Assembly: GCA_045577735.1 (NCBI GenBank)
Contig: JAZNIY010000025.1
Span: forward strand, 48,964 to 112,963
Direction: 5' to 3'
Source: Candidatus Stercoripulliclostridium sp.
GTDB lineage: Bacteria; Bacillota; Clostridia; Christensenellales; DTU072
DNA: 64,000 nucleotides
Shown: in pieces, positions 1 to 9,597 of the stretch
How the letters are laid out: every line of letters begins with the position of its first letter
Position numbering within the stretch: position 1 is the stretch's first letter
The notes under the pieces: generated by a model
The model's input: only the letters and a program-made list of their open reading frames with translations
What the model was told of the DNA's origin: nothing
The model's database searches: none
Position numbers and translations under genes: made by a program

Positions 1-290
1 CCTTGCAAATTGCCGTCTTCGTCACGCAAACTGCTGTGCCAGTTGTCGTCAAGGTTTACGTAAGTGTACCCGGCCTCTTTAAGACCGCTATCAACCATAG
101 CTTTTGCAGTATCGTAAATTAAATCCTCGTCAATATGATTTTTAAAGGTATTCCAACTGCTCCAACCCATAGGAGGGGTTAACGCTACGCCGTTATCATA
201 GGCTTTGGAATCATAAATTTCGGTTACGTTTTCGCGTATCCCAACTAGTCTTTTCAAATAACAAATAGGGCAAGTGCCGTTACGTTTCAT
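1..290 (-). CDS. GH27 alpha-galactosidase family protein, N-terminal part (runs off window)
   Basis: Manual translation MKRNGTCPIC...DNGVALTPPMGWSSWNTF...GYTYVNLDDNW matches GH27 motifs; RBS AAGGAG upstream; not in ORF track. Confidence 0.88.
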   Translation of the reverse strand, partial: MKRNGTCPICYLKRLVGIRENVTEIYDSKAYDNGVALTPPMGWSSWNTFKNHIDEDLIYDTAKAMVDSGLKEAGYTYVNLDDNWHSSLRDEDGNLQ

Positions 291-311
291 AGGTTCTCCT
301 TTATATACTGT

Positions 312-1355
312 CTAAAAATAACCTTTTATTTGTCTACCACCGTTATACTCTTTAATAAGGCTAAGATATTGGCCCCTCGTAATGGTAATAACGTAGCCGT
401 GTCTAGGGGTAAAGGGGAGGGAATAATCGCCCGTCATATGTAAAGGACGGAAGGCTTCAAAATTTTCCGTTTCGTACAGGACGTAGTTGACGCCCCACCA
501 ACCACCCCAATGTAGGTCAGCCATAACGATCCATTTATTTTGACCAATTAGTTTATAGGCGTTAGAGCCTTCACACATTATGTTGCTTACCTCTTTAACG
601 TCTTTGTAACCCGAAGTGAGCGAGGTGGAGGAAAGCATCATAATCCCTTGATTCAAGCTGGTTTTATAGAAGAAACGGTAGGTGTCGCCGTCCTTTATAA
701 TGTCGCCGTCAATGATGTCTTCGCCGGGTATTTCGAGCAAAATTTGGGGCTCGCTACTTAGGGTTTTAAAGTCTTTGGTGTAGAAATAGTATATGCATTT
801 GTAGCCGACTTCAGGGGTGTTCCTCACCATAGAGTAGGGCTTGTCCGCACTAAAGTATACCATATATTCTTTACGTGAGGGATCGTATATCGCTTGTGGT
901 GCCCAAGAGGCAGTTGCCCCTCTAAGTAGGGGATATTGTCCTGCAAGGGGAATTATGTTTTCACTGTGCCAAGTGATTAAATCGCTTGAGCGCCAAGTAA
1001 TAAGCGAGTTATTACTCCGCCAACCATAGCGTGCGTGCATATCGGTTGCAAGCATAACGTAATCACCCTCTTCGGTTTTGAATATGAAAGGATCTCTCAC
1101 GCCACCGGTTCCAGAGTTTGATACCAATATAGGTTTATTATCGTTGAGTGCCGTGTAGTTGTATCCATCGCGTGAAAGGGCGTAGAAAACAGCCTCTTGA
1201 AGGGGACGAGTGCCGTCTGCCTCTAGTTCCTCGTTACCCTCAAAGTATACGAACAGGTAGGCGAATTCCTCGCTGTCATCATAGCTCACGAAAGCACTTG
1301 CAAGTGTGGTAGCAAGCATCATGACAAGGACTAGAGCTATTAAGGTTTTTTTCAT
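312..1355 (-). CDS. Secreted GH43-family glycoside hydrolase (5-bladed propeller)
   Basis: Signal peptide; GVRDPFI, WAPQAIYD, IDGDI, CEGS motifs. Confidence 0.8.
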   Translation of the reverse strand: MKKTLIALVLVMMLATTLASAFVSYDDSEEFAYLFVYFEGNEELEADGTRPLQEAVFYALSRDGYNYTALNDNKPILVSNSGTGGVRDPFIFKTEEGDYVMLATDMHARYGWRSNNSLITWRSSDLITWHSENIIPLAGQYPLLRGATASWAPQAIYDPSRKEYMVYFSADKPYSMVRNTPEVGYKCIYYFYTKDFKTLSSEPQILLEIPGEDIIDGDIIKDGDTYRFFYKTSLNQGIMMLSSTSLTSGYKDVKEVSNIMCEGSNAYKLIGQNKWIVMADLHWGGWWGVNYVLYETENFEAFRPLHMTGDYSLPFTPRHGYVITITRGQYLSLIKEYNGGRQIKGYF

Positions 1356-1728
1356 TGGTACCCTTTATATTCTAAAAAAGAATATGATTTTTTCCACAAA
1401 ATGGTTACTTATATTTTAACATGACATAGTGAAGTTTTCAATAGCGTTTTTTAATAAATATTAATCAAGTGTAAATAGCACCATATAAGATGCAAAGTTC
1501 TAGTAGAAATTAGCAAAAGTTTTACCTTTCATTAATAAAACTTTAACTTGCATTTGTTATGGTTTTAAGACAGCAAATATCTATGTAATTTCAATTTAAG
1601 GCTCCTTAATTCGTAATAAGAGATACCTAAAATTGGAATACAATGCTAATTTTAGAACAATAAAAATAAAAATAGAAAAAATGGAATTAGTATCGACATT
1701 TACTAGACTATAGTGTATAATATAAGTT

Positions 1729-3048
1729 ATGAGTAAGAAGGAAAATAAAATTAAGCAAAACAAAAAAACAAAATTCCCGTGGTTTTACTACGTTCTGTTT
1801 GTAACTCTAAGCAGTTTAGCTAGAGTGTTTTTTAACGGCAAATGCGTACAAACCGAAGCTTTCAAGGAAGCAAAGAAAAAGGGACCGATGCTGGTTATGT
1901 GCAACCACGCTTCGGCACTGGACTTCGTCTTTTTCACCCCTCCTTTTGGATTTAAGAAAATGACGTTCGTTGTTGCGGAAAATATGCTTTATTCCACACC
2001 CTTCCTTGCAAAGATTATTAGAAAGGCAGACGCCATTACCAAAAAGCAATACATTGCTGATTTGAGTTGTGTAAGAAGAATTAAAAAGAGTTTGGATGGT
2101 GGTGTGTCGGTAGCTCTTTGTCCCGAAGGTCAAGTAGCCTCTTGTGGTAAAACGGGTATTGTGCCCAATGCAAACGGCAAGCTTATGAAGTTCTTAGGAT
2201 ATCCCGTTGCAATATGTCACACTCACGGTAGTGGCCTTTCTCGTCCCAAGTGGGGATATGGCGCACGCAGGGGTAAGGTTATAACCCATTGTGACGTTCT
2301 TTATACCCCAGAGCAAATTAAGGAAAAATCTGCCGACGAACTCTACGCCGGCCTTGTTGAAGCTTTGCAATTCAACGAGCATAAATATCAAGTGGAAAAC
2401 GGCATAGAATTCAAGGGTAAAAATAGAGCTGAAGGCTTGGAAAGAATATTGTATCGTTGTCCCAAATGCGGGGCAGAGTACCAAATGGTAACTAGTGGAA
2501 ACGTCATTAGTTGCAAGGCTTGTGGCAATAGTTTAGAGTACACGTTAATTGGAAAATTGGTTCCTTTAACCGAGGGTTCGGTATCCCCAAAACGCATTGA
2601 CCTTTGGTATGATATGGAACGAGAGGTTGTCAAAGAAAAGATTTCGAAAGAAGATTTTTCGCTCACCAACGAGGCTTCCTTGTTCATAGAAAAGCCCGAG
2701 GTTTACAACTATAGATTCGTAACGTCTGGCGTTGCTACTTTGGATAGTGAAAAGATTACCTTCAAGTCCAACATTAGCGAGCGACCCAAGAAAATAATTA
2801 CCGAGTATGGTGTGGGCAAATTCGACGTTGCTTTGGATTACAGCGAGGGCACGGAACCGGTTGAAGAGGAATTCAAGGATTTGACCTTCAATATACGCAA
2901 TAACGAAAGCTGTGCCTTTAATCCGGGCTTATCGCTTGAGATGTACGATGCAAAGCATTCATACAGAATTATGTTCACAAAGGAAAATGCATCAACCGAA
3001 TATGCTCTTGCAATAGAAGAGCTGTATAAGAAACGCAAAGGGATATAA
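1729..3048 (+). CDS. PlsC-like (lyso)phospholipid acyltransferase with C-terminal Zn-ribbon region
   Basis: NHASALD and CPEG acyltransferase motifs; CPKC...CKAC. Confidence 0.8.
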   Translation: MSKKENKIKQNKKTKFPWFYYVLFVTLSSLARVFFNGKCVQTEAFKEAKKKGPMLVMCNHASALDFVFFTPPFGFKKMTFVVAENMLYSTPFLAKIIRKADAITKKQYIADLSCVRRIKKSLDGGVSVALCPEGQVASCGKTGIVPNANGKLMKFLGYPVAICHTHGSGLSRPKWGYGARRGKVITHCDVLYTPEQIKEKSADELYAGLVEALQFNEHKYQVENGIEFKGKNRAEGLERILYRCPKCGAEYQMVTSGNVISCKACGNSLEYTLIGKLVPLTEGSVSPKRIDLWYDMEREVVKEKISKEDFSLTNEASLFIEKPEVYNYRFVTSGVATLDSEKITFKSNISERPKKIITEYGVGKFDVALDYSEGTEPVEEEFKDLTFNIRNNESCAFNPGLSLEMYDAKHSYRIMFTKENASTEYALAIEELYKKRKGI

Positions 3049-3073
3049 TTATCCCTTTTTTTATGGGTGAAAT

Positions 3074-4651
3074 ATGATTAAAAGGACAATTGAAAGTGGA
3101 CGTGCCGTATTGGGCCTGGAACTAGGATCAACTCGCATTAAAGCAACCCTTATAGGAGAAGATTTTGCGCCTATTGCAAATGGCAGTTTTACTTGGGAAA
3201 ATGCCCTAGAAAACGGCGTTTGGACCTACTCTTTGGAGCTTGTGAAAGAGGGTATTAGTTCTGCCTATGCGTCGTTAAAGCGCGACGTCAAAGAGAGGTA
3301 TGGTATCACTCTTAAAAAAATTGGGGCACTTGGGGTGTCTGCAATGATGCACGGATATCTTGCCTTTGATGCTAAAGGTGAGCTATTGGTCCCATTCCGT
3401 ACTTGGAGAAATACCATTACAGGAGAGGCTAGCAAGGAGCTAAGCACACTTCTACAATTTAACGTTCCGGAAAGGTGGAGTATTGCTCATCTTGGACAAG
3501 CAATTTTGAACGATGAGACACACCTAAAAGATATTGCCAGTTTTACAACGCTTGCAGGCTACGTTCACAAACTTCTAACAGGTGTTAACGCGCTAGGTAT
3601 TGGTGATGCAAGTGGTATGTTCCCAATTGATAGCACTACGTTGAATTACAACAAGGATATGCTAGAAAAGTTCAACCAATGGGCAAAGGAAAGGGGCTTT
3701 AATAAAGATTTGGAAAGCTTGCTTCCACCCGTAATGCTTGCCGGTAGCAACGCTGGCTATCTAACCCAAGCGGGGGCAAGGTTACTTGACAAAGAGGGCG
3801 ACCTAGAAAGTGGCGCGATATGTGCTCCCGCAGAAGGTGATGCCGGCACGGGAATGGTTGCAACAAACTCCGTACTACCACTAACCGGAAACGTAAGTGC
3901 AGGTACGAGCGTATTTGCAATGGTCGTTTTGGACAAGGCACTAAAGGGATATTATAGAGAAATAGACGTTGTAACCACGCCTAGCGGTAAAGACGTTGCT
4001 ATGGTGCATTGTAATAACTGCTCTGGCGACATCGATGCTTGGGTAAATCTTTTTAAAGAAACGGTGACGTGCTTTGGAATGGACGTTTCAACCGACAAAG
4101 CATACGAGGTGCTTCTTGGCAAGGCGCTTGAAGGTAAGAGCGATTGTGGTGGAATAGTAAGCCTAAACTATATTTCCGGCGAGAGTATAACCTCTTTTAA
4201 CGAGGGTAGACCAATGCTTGTAAGGGGAGAGGGTATTAAACTTACCCTTCCTGAGGTAATGCGTTCACTGCTTTATTCTGCATTCGCAACGCTACGCATA
4301 GGCATGGATATTTTGTACGATAAGGAGGGTGTGAAGCTAAGTTCCATTGCAGGGCACGGTGGATACTTCAAAGCCAAGGAAGTTGGAGCAACAATGGCAA
4401 GTTCGGCACTTAAAACTGCAATAACAGTCACCCAAACTGCTGGTGAAGGTGGACCTTGGGGAATGGCAATACTCGCAAAGTACGTGCTTGATAATCCTCA
4501 AGTAAGCCTAGAAGAATACCTTAATAAAAAGGTATTTGCCTACTCCACGGTAGAGCGCTTTGAAGCAAGCAAAGAGGACCAAGATGGCTTTAATAGGTAT
4601 ATGCAAGAGTACGCCAAAATACTAAAAGCAGAAAGAGCATTTATCGGTTAA
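3074..4651 (+). CDS. FGGY-family pentulose kinase (ribulokinase/xylulokinase-like)
   Basis: LGLELGSTRIKA, SAMMHG, NVSAGTS, GHGG motifs. Confidence 0.85.
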   Translation: MIKRTIESGRAVLGLELGSTRIKATLIGEDFAPIANGSFTWENALENGVWTYSLELVKEGISSAYASLKRDVKERYGITLKKIGALGVSAMMHGYLAFDAKGELLVPFRTWRNTITGEASKELSTLLQFNVPERWSIAHLGQAILNDETHLKDIASFTTLAGYVHKLLTGVNALGIGDASGMFPIDSTTLNYNKDMLEKFNQWAKERGFNKDLESLLPPVMLAGSNAGYLTQAGARLLDKEGDLESGAICAPAEGDAGTGMVATNSVLPLTGNVSAGTSVFAMVVLDKALKGYYREIDVVTTPSGKDVAMVHCNNCSGDIDAWVNLFKETVTCFGMDVSTDKAYEVLLGKALEGKSDCGGIVSLNYISGESITSFNEGRPMLVRGEGIKLTLPEVMRSLLYSAFATLRIGMDILYDKEGVKLSSIAGHGGYFKAKEVGATMASSALKTAITVTQTAGEGGPWGMAILAKYVLDNPQVSLEEYLNKKVFAYSTVERFEASKEDQDGFNRYMQEYAKILKAERAFIG

Positions 4652-4659
4652 CAATATTG

Positions 4660-4688
4660 TTGACATAGTATCATCAAGGTGCTAGAAT
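4660..4688 (+). promoter_or_regulatory. SigA-type promoter of the riboswitch-pnuC transcript
   Basis: TTGACA-N17-TAGAAT with extended TG. Confidence 0.75.
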
Positions 4689-4704
4689 AGTTACACAACA
4701 CAAT

Positions 4705-4795
4705 AAATATAAACTGCCACCGGGTAGGAGATGCTTGGCATCCGTTATATATCGTTAGGTCTTTGAAGATATATAGTGGGTGCTTTAATTTTTAT
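4705..4795 (+). promoter_or_regulatory. Guanidine-IV-type riboswitch with intrinsic terminator
   Basis: P1 CTGCC-ACCG-GGTAG; long terminator stem GCATCCGTTATATATC...GATATATAGTGGGTGC plus T-tract, whose loop contains AGGTC complementary to the P1 loop; lies upstream of a PnuC-family gene. Confidence 0.75.
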
Positions 4796-4849
4796 TACGA
4801 GATAACTAGCGAGTGTATAGCCTATTAAAAAGGTTGGTTTAGGAGCAAT

Positions 4850-5539
4850 ATGCCAAAGAGGTTAAAGGGGTATTTTACAAAGTTTGAAATAGGTTTGTGG
4901 ACGGCATCTGTATGTGTCATACTTGTCACCTTTTTCATCTGGGACAGAGTAAGCTATTTGCAACTTTGTGCCTCGCTAATTGGAGTAACATCGCTAATTT
5001 TTTGTGCAAAGGGCAACCCTATAGGACAGTTGCTTATGGTTATTTTCGGTTGTTTATACGGCATTATTTCCTACGATTTTAGGTATTATGGCGAGATGAT
5101 AACCTATCTTGGTATGACTGTGCCAATGGCAGTGCTTGCGCTAATTTCTTGGTTGCGTAACCCCTACAAAGGCAATAGGGCAGAAGTCAAAACAAACGTA
5201 ATAAGGCCCAAAGAAATAGCCTTTATGCTTCTTCTAACATTGATTGTGACGGTGGCGTTTTACTTCATATTAAAAGTGCTTAACACTACGAATTTAGTTC
5301 CCAGCACGTTATCGGTAACCACCTCTTTTGTGGCCGTATATCTTACGTTTAGGCGTAGCCCGTATTATGCTTTGGCGTATGCCTTTAATGATATAGTACT
5401 CATAGTTCTTTGGATACTTGCTACGTTGAAAGGGGAGTCGTATCTTTCGGTAATAATTTGTTTCGTGGTATTTCTTGCCAATGATTTGTATGGTTTTGTT
5501 AGCTGGCTCAAAATGCAGAAGCGCCAAAAAAACGGTTAG
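4850..5539 (+). CDS. pnuC: PnuC-family membrane transporter
   Basis: Multi-TM protein with AKGNPIGQ, YYGE, NDIVLIVLW, NDLYGFVSW motifs; substrate uncertain. Confidence 0.8.
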   Translation: MPKRLKGYFTKFEIGLWTASVCVILVTFFIWDRVSYLQLCASLIGVTSLIFCAKGNPIGQLLMVIFGCLYGIISYDFRYYGEMITYLGMTVPMAVLALISWLRNPYKGNRAEVKTNVIRPKEIAFMLLLTLIVTVAFYFILKVLNTTNLVPSTLSVTTSFVAVYLTFRRSPYYALAYAFNDIVLIVLWILATLKGESYLSVIICFVVFLANDLYGFVSWLKMQKRQKNG

Positions 5540-5644
5540 CTTGTCCCTATTTGGTGACACCTAAATTTTTATTTTTCAAAAGCATAAGGAGATTACTCGT
5601 TCATTCCTTATAATATAGCACTACACTCAAAGGATGGTACGAAA

Positions 5645-5968
5645 ATGGATGCTAAAAGTATTAGAGAACTAGTGCAACTCAAGGACGTAGGCAAGATTAT
5701 TGCCAAGCTAACTGAGAATGGATGGAGGGAAGCAAAGGAAACTGAGTATCTTGGCGAGGTGAGCCTAGTCGATTTGTTTACGGCAAAAGAACTCTATTCA
5801 TCACCGCTTGCAAAACTACCGAATGACGAATACTTGTCGATCTCTTTGTATGACGAAGTTTTTTCAGCAAAGGACTGGACGTGGTTGGTCATATTCCACG
5901 ATAGGAAATTCCGTATGGGGACGATACCAAAGTTAATAAAGATATTTGTCAAAAAGAAAGGGATATAA
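5645..5968 (+). CDS. Hypothetical protein
   Basis: 107-aa ORF with AAGGA upstream; no family recognised. Confidence 0.55.
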   Translation: MDAKSIRELVQLKDVGKIIAKLTENGWREAKETEYLGEVSLVDLFTAKELYSSPLAKLPNDEYLSISLYDEVFSAKDWTWLVIFHDRKFRMGTIPKLIKIFVKKKGI

Positions 5969-6038
5969 AAGACAAAACACTCTTTTAATTTAATAGTTTT
6001 TGTGGTATGATTAGAGTATAAAAATTATGGAGTGCCAT

Positions 6039-7016
6039 ATGAAAAACAAAAAGACAATAATAATTATTGCAGTAGTTTTGCTATTCTGTCTAGGCCTTGG
6101 ATTAAGCGTAGGATTTACTTGGTATATGTATGACGGCAAGGATACCGAGGAAAACTACAGAGCAAACGTAGCGAAGGTGGGCTATGAGAATACCATAGAA
6201 AGTGCCATTCCCCAAACGGAATTGTATAACTTGATTAATGCTCACTTTGATGCTCCTCTTTCGGAAGGTAAAACCCAAAAGAAAGCAATTATTATTGGTT
6301 ACGACGGCTGTCGCGCCGACGTTTTAGTGGAAATGCAAGACGAGAATAGTGGTATCAACACCCTTGTAAAAGAGGGAGGCTCTCTCAATCTTGCTTACTG
6401 TGGTGGCGTGAATTATCCGGCAAAGAACACTCAGGACACTTCTACTGCTCCCGGTTGGTGTTCTATCTTAACTGGAGAATGGGCAACCGTACATGGAATA
6501 ACAGGTAACAATATTTCCAAAAATATGGAAACAAAAACCTTATTAACAAGCTTGGTAGAAAATGGTAAGGCAGACTCTTCTTCCTTCATAACTAAGTGGG
6601 CCGGACACTTCTCTAGGGATAACGCAACCTACCTTTATGAAAAGGAATACTGTGAAAGCAACAACTTGAACGTTGCCTTCAATAAGTGCAAAAACAACAA
6701 GAAATCTTTGGAAAGTGCTCTTGGTGAAATAGGAAAAGAAGACTGTGCCGACTTCATATTTGTAATCTACGAACAAACCGATGCGGAGGGCCACGGTTAC
6801 GGCTTTACTATTAACAATCCCGACTATAAAAAGGCTTTCAAGGAGGCAGACTCATACGGCTATGATACCATTCAAAAGATTAAGTCTAGACCCACCTATG
6901 CAAGCGAAGATTGGCTAATCATAATAACCTCCGACCATGGTGGCATTAAAATTAACCACGGTGACGAAAGCATACAAGAACGAATGACCTTCATAGCCAC
7001 CAACCAAGAAGCATAA
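6039..7016 (+). CDS. Membrane-anchored alkaline phosphatase/nucleotide pyrophosphatase superfamily protein
   Basis: IIIGYDGCR, TSTAPGW, TDAEGHGYG, ITSDHGG metal/nucleophile motifs; N-terminal TM. Confidence 0.8.
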   Translation: MKNKKTIIIIAVVLLFCLGLGLSVGFTWYMYDGKDTEENYRANVAKVGYENTIESAIPQTELYNLINAHFDAPLSEGKTQKKAIIIGYDGCRADVLVEMQDENSGINTLVKEGGSLNLAYCGGVNYPAKNTQDTSTAPGWCSILTGEWATVHGITGNNISKNMETKTLLTSLVENGKADSSSFITKWAGHFSRDNATYLYEKEYCESNNLNVAFNKCKNNKKSLESALGEIGKEDCADFIFVIYEQTDAEGHGYGFTINNPDYKKAFKEADSYGYDTIQKIKSRPTYASEDWLIIITSDHGGIKINHGDESIQERMTFIATNQEA

Positions 7017-7146
7017 TTCAAAAACAACAAGAGCAAGTGTAATACTTGCTCTTGTTTTATAATCTAGGCTGTCCCTTTTTATGGACACCCTCGGCATAAA
7101 TTTAAAGTTGGTATTTACAATTTTTATATTAGTATTATAATTATTT

Positions 7147-7532
7147 TAGTGTAAATTCAGTACTGAAAAAATATTGATACGAAGGCGTTCAAAATAATTT
7201 ATAGCAAGACGGCTTATACGAGTATCCGGTTTTAGAAAAGTTGAAGGAGGTGTAATAAACAATGGTTAAAGATATGATAACCAAAGCGGATGTTATATCA
7301 GATCGCAAAAATGTAATTAAGATTACTACGTTTGACAATATGATTTACCGCGGACGTTCCGAAGGTATAGAACCGATGACGGATGACGAAACCGGCGAAG
7401 AATTAGATGTTTATGGGGTACTCCTAAAACTCATGGATGGAAGTTATATTCAGCTTACAAATGAGGAAATAAAATCAGTTGAAAAAGAATAAACAAGTAT
7501 AAAGTTTGAGAGTAGTGTAAATTCAGTACTGA
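7147..7532. repeat. 20-bp direct repeat TAGTGTAAATTCAGTACTGA (7147-7166 and 7513-7532) flanking a small gene
   Basis: Exact copies read directly; internal palindrome TCAGTACTGA. Confidence 0.85.
7262..7492 (+). CDS. Small acidic protein, possible polymorphic-toxin immunity protein
   Basis: Strong RBS AAGGAGGTG; preceded by a toxin-like C-terminal remnant. Confidence 0.55.
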   Translation: MVKDMITKADVISDRKNVIKITTFDNMIYRGRSEGIEPMTDDETGEELDVYGVLLKLMDGSYIQLTNEEIKSVEKE

Positions 7533-7579
7533 CTAAACAGTGTTGTAGATATGTGTTCTTTTTGTAGTTTTATTGATTA

Positions 7580-8608
7580 TTAAAGATCTTCAGCAATTAT
7601 GTCTACGAATTGTTCTAGGCGTTCTTCTATTGGGGGGATAATGGCATCCATCCAGTGTTGGCGAGAAAGGTAGTAGGCAAATTCGGGGGTAAGCGCAATA
7701 TCGTTTAGGCGTAAGGGCTTGAATTTTAGCTGTGGTAAACGTGTGTGTGCGTTATCAATCTCGTTTAGTACGTGCTGTGAGGCAAGGGAGTTTTCGCTGA
7801 CGATAACTATAAAATGGGTGGCACGGCTTATTGCTCCCATTATGGCAGAAGCATAGGTGCCTGTGCCCACGTTTCTTGGAGCATACCATACCTTGATGCC
7901 TCTACTTTCTAGTTTGTTGCAGAGGTTATCTGCAATATTGCGGTCCTTTGTCGAGTAGCTTATGAATGCAAGTAGCTCGTTTTTCTTTTCGTTCGTAGTA
8001 TCGGGAGCCTCTTGTAGGGAATATATTTTAGCAAGGGTATCTGCAAAGGCCTCAGCCTTTTTCTCATTTATATCAACGAACAATATCCTTTCGCAAGAGG
8101 GGTTACGGCGCAAGAATGCAAGACATTCGTTTACAATCGGTATCAAGGTTAGCGTGGGGGATATTCCTTGGTCACCACCACCTATGAGTGGGAGAGATAT
8201 CGTTTTTATGTTAGCACCCGAAAGGCCGGCGAGTTCAAGCATACGGAAGTAGGCTTTTATGGACTCCAAAGGATCACCTAACTTGGGCTTGCCATAGTAG
8301 TCCATTATTTCCACACAGCCAATGCGAGCAACGTTGGGAGTAGCGCTGTTGTCCACGTTTTCCGATAGCCATACACCACATTTGTCACGCAAATCTAGGT
8401 AGGGATTTTTCTCTAACGCCTCTACGTCAATACCTGCTTTATATAGTGCACCGAACATTGTGCCGGGGAGAGGGAGATAATCGCCAACAAATGCCGAAAC
8501 GGTGAGGACGTCTATACGTTCTTCAACTTCAAGAACGCTTCCTGCAATAACGGATATAATTCTTTTGCCGTTTGGTGTTTGTACTTCTGTGGTATGCAAG
8601 TGTTTCAT
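7580..8608 (-). CDS. Macro-like domain fused to C-terminal TIR domain
   Basis: TISLPLIGGGDQGI macro-type motif; AFISYSTKD...VWYAPR...SQHVLNEI TIR motifs; start moved to ATG 8608 with GGGAG RBS. Confidence 0.75.
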   Translation of the reverse strand: MKHLHTTEVQTPNGKRIISVIAGSVLEVEERIDVLTVSAFVGDYLPLPGTMFGALYKAGIDVEALEKNPYLDLRDKCGVWLSENVDNSATPNVARIGCVEIMDYYGKPKLGDPLESIKAYFRMLELAGLSGANIKTISLPLIGGGDQGISPTLTLIPIVNECLAFLRRNPSCERILFVDINEKKAEAFADTLAKIYSLQEAPDTTNEKKNELLAFISYSTKDRNIADNLCNKLESRGIKVWYAPRNVGTGTYASAIMGAISRATHFIVIVSENSLASQHVLNEIDNAHTRLPQLKFKPLRLNDIALTPEFAYYLSRQHWMDAIIPPIEERLEQFVDIIAEDL

Positions 8609-8797
8609 ATCAATCTCCCGAGATATATTTACTTTATAACTATAACAAAAAGCGTGTGAGGTGTCAAGAGAGGGAAGGCGTGGCAAGAGAGCATTGTTAT
8701 CCCGGTAGAGTCACGGGTTCTATAAATATGCCCCAAAAGCATTGATTAAAAAGCAGTGTTGTAGTAATATAATTATATTAAACGAAGGAAAGCTTGC

Positions 8798-9265
8798 ATG
8801 GACTGGTTATATAGCGCAATAATAATTTTAGGTAGTGGATTGCTTGTTTTCATATTAGGAAGAGTGTTCCCCAGAAAGTGGATAAACCCCGATTTCTTTT
8901 ATTTTAAGGCATGGAAATGGGAAAACGAGGGTAAAATCTATGAGAAAATAGGCATTAAAAAATGGAAAACCAAATGGCCCGATTTTAGTAATATAATAAC
9001 CAAAATCTTCCCTAACATTATGCCTAAAAAACGCATTGATATGGGACTAAAAGAAAAATTACCCATTCTAATTAAGGAATGTTGTGTTGCAGAAGCCACC
9101 CATACCATCTGTTTCGTACTAGGCTTTATTCCTCTAGCAATATGGCCGGGAGTAGCAAGTGCCGTACTAGGAGTTCTATGGGCACTAACCCACGTTCCAC
9201 CCATAATTATACAGCGTTATAATCGCCCAAGATTCAAAGAAACGCTAAAAAGATTTAGTGAATAG
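8798..9265 (+). CDS. CrtO-like (glycosyl-diaponeurosporenoate acyltransferase family) membrane protein
   Basis: YEKIGIKKWK..PD, AEATH, IIIQRYNRPR motifs. Confidence 0.7.
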   Translation: MDWLYSAIIILGSGLLVFILGRVFPRKWINPDFFYFKAWKWENEGKIYEKIGIKKWKTKWPDFSNIITKIFPNIMPKKRIDMGLKEKLPILIKECCVAEATHTICFVLGFIPLAIWPGVASAVLGVLWALTHVPPIIIQRYNRPRFKETLKRFSE

Positions 9266-9306
9266 AAAACAAAAGAACCACAGTTTGGTGGTTCTTGTTT
9301 TTTGGT

Positions 9307-9513
9307 TTATGTCGGAGTGAACGAGGGCTTTCTAAGAGGTCTTAATAAAACTATCCATATCACACAACTCAAGCATAATAGAAGAATCGGGCCTGGATTT
9401 TCCCATTTTGATATCGCTCTATCGGTGATGTTCAGTCTCTCAGCCAACTGCATTTGTGTTAGATTTGCCTCTTTTCTACACTTAGCAAGGAACTTTCCAA
9501 TTTTTACTTGCAT
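9307..9513 (-). pseudogene. Truncated XRE-family HTH regulator fragment
   Basis: IGKFLAKCRKEANLTQMQLAERLNITDRAISKWEN then unrelated sequence; abuts a pseudo-tRNA junction. Confidence 0.6.
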
Positions 9514-9521
9514 TCATTTTT

Positions 9522-9596
9522 TGGTGGAGTGGTAATCAACATAACCGAACACTTAAAAACTCGCACTAGTATATCCAATAGAGAAATTGGAATTTG
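9522..9596 (-). repeat. Cassette-unit tail (12-bp site, conserved spacer, GTGTTCG-N16-CTCCACCA)
   Basis: 52 bp (9546-9597) identical to 10453-10504; homologous to 12575-12624 and 62223-62272. Confidence 0.9.
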
Positions 9597-9597
9597 A

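Noticed and set aside
4705-4795. TPP, FMN or NAD riboswitch before pnuC
   Set aside because: TPP and FMN consensus motifs are absent; the structure fits guanidine-IV better, and NAD-II was not tested computationally
8798-9265. Carotenoid pathway suggested by CrtO-like and CrtI-like genes
   Set aside because: The genes are ~37 kb apart and no crtM/crtB-type synthase is visible in the window
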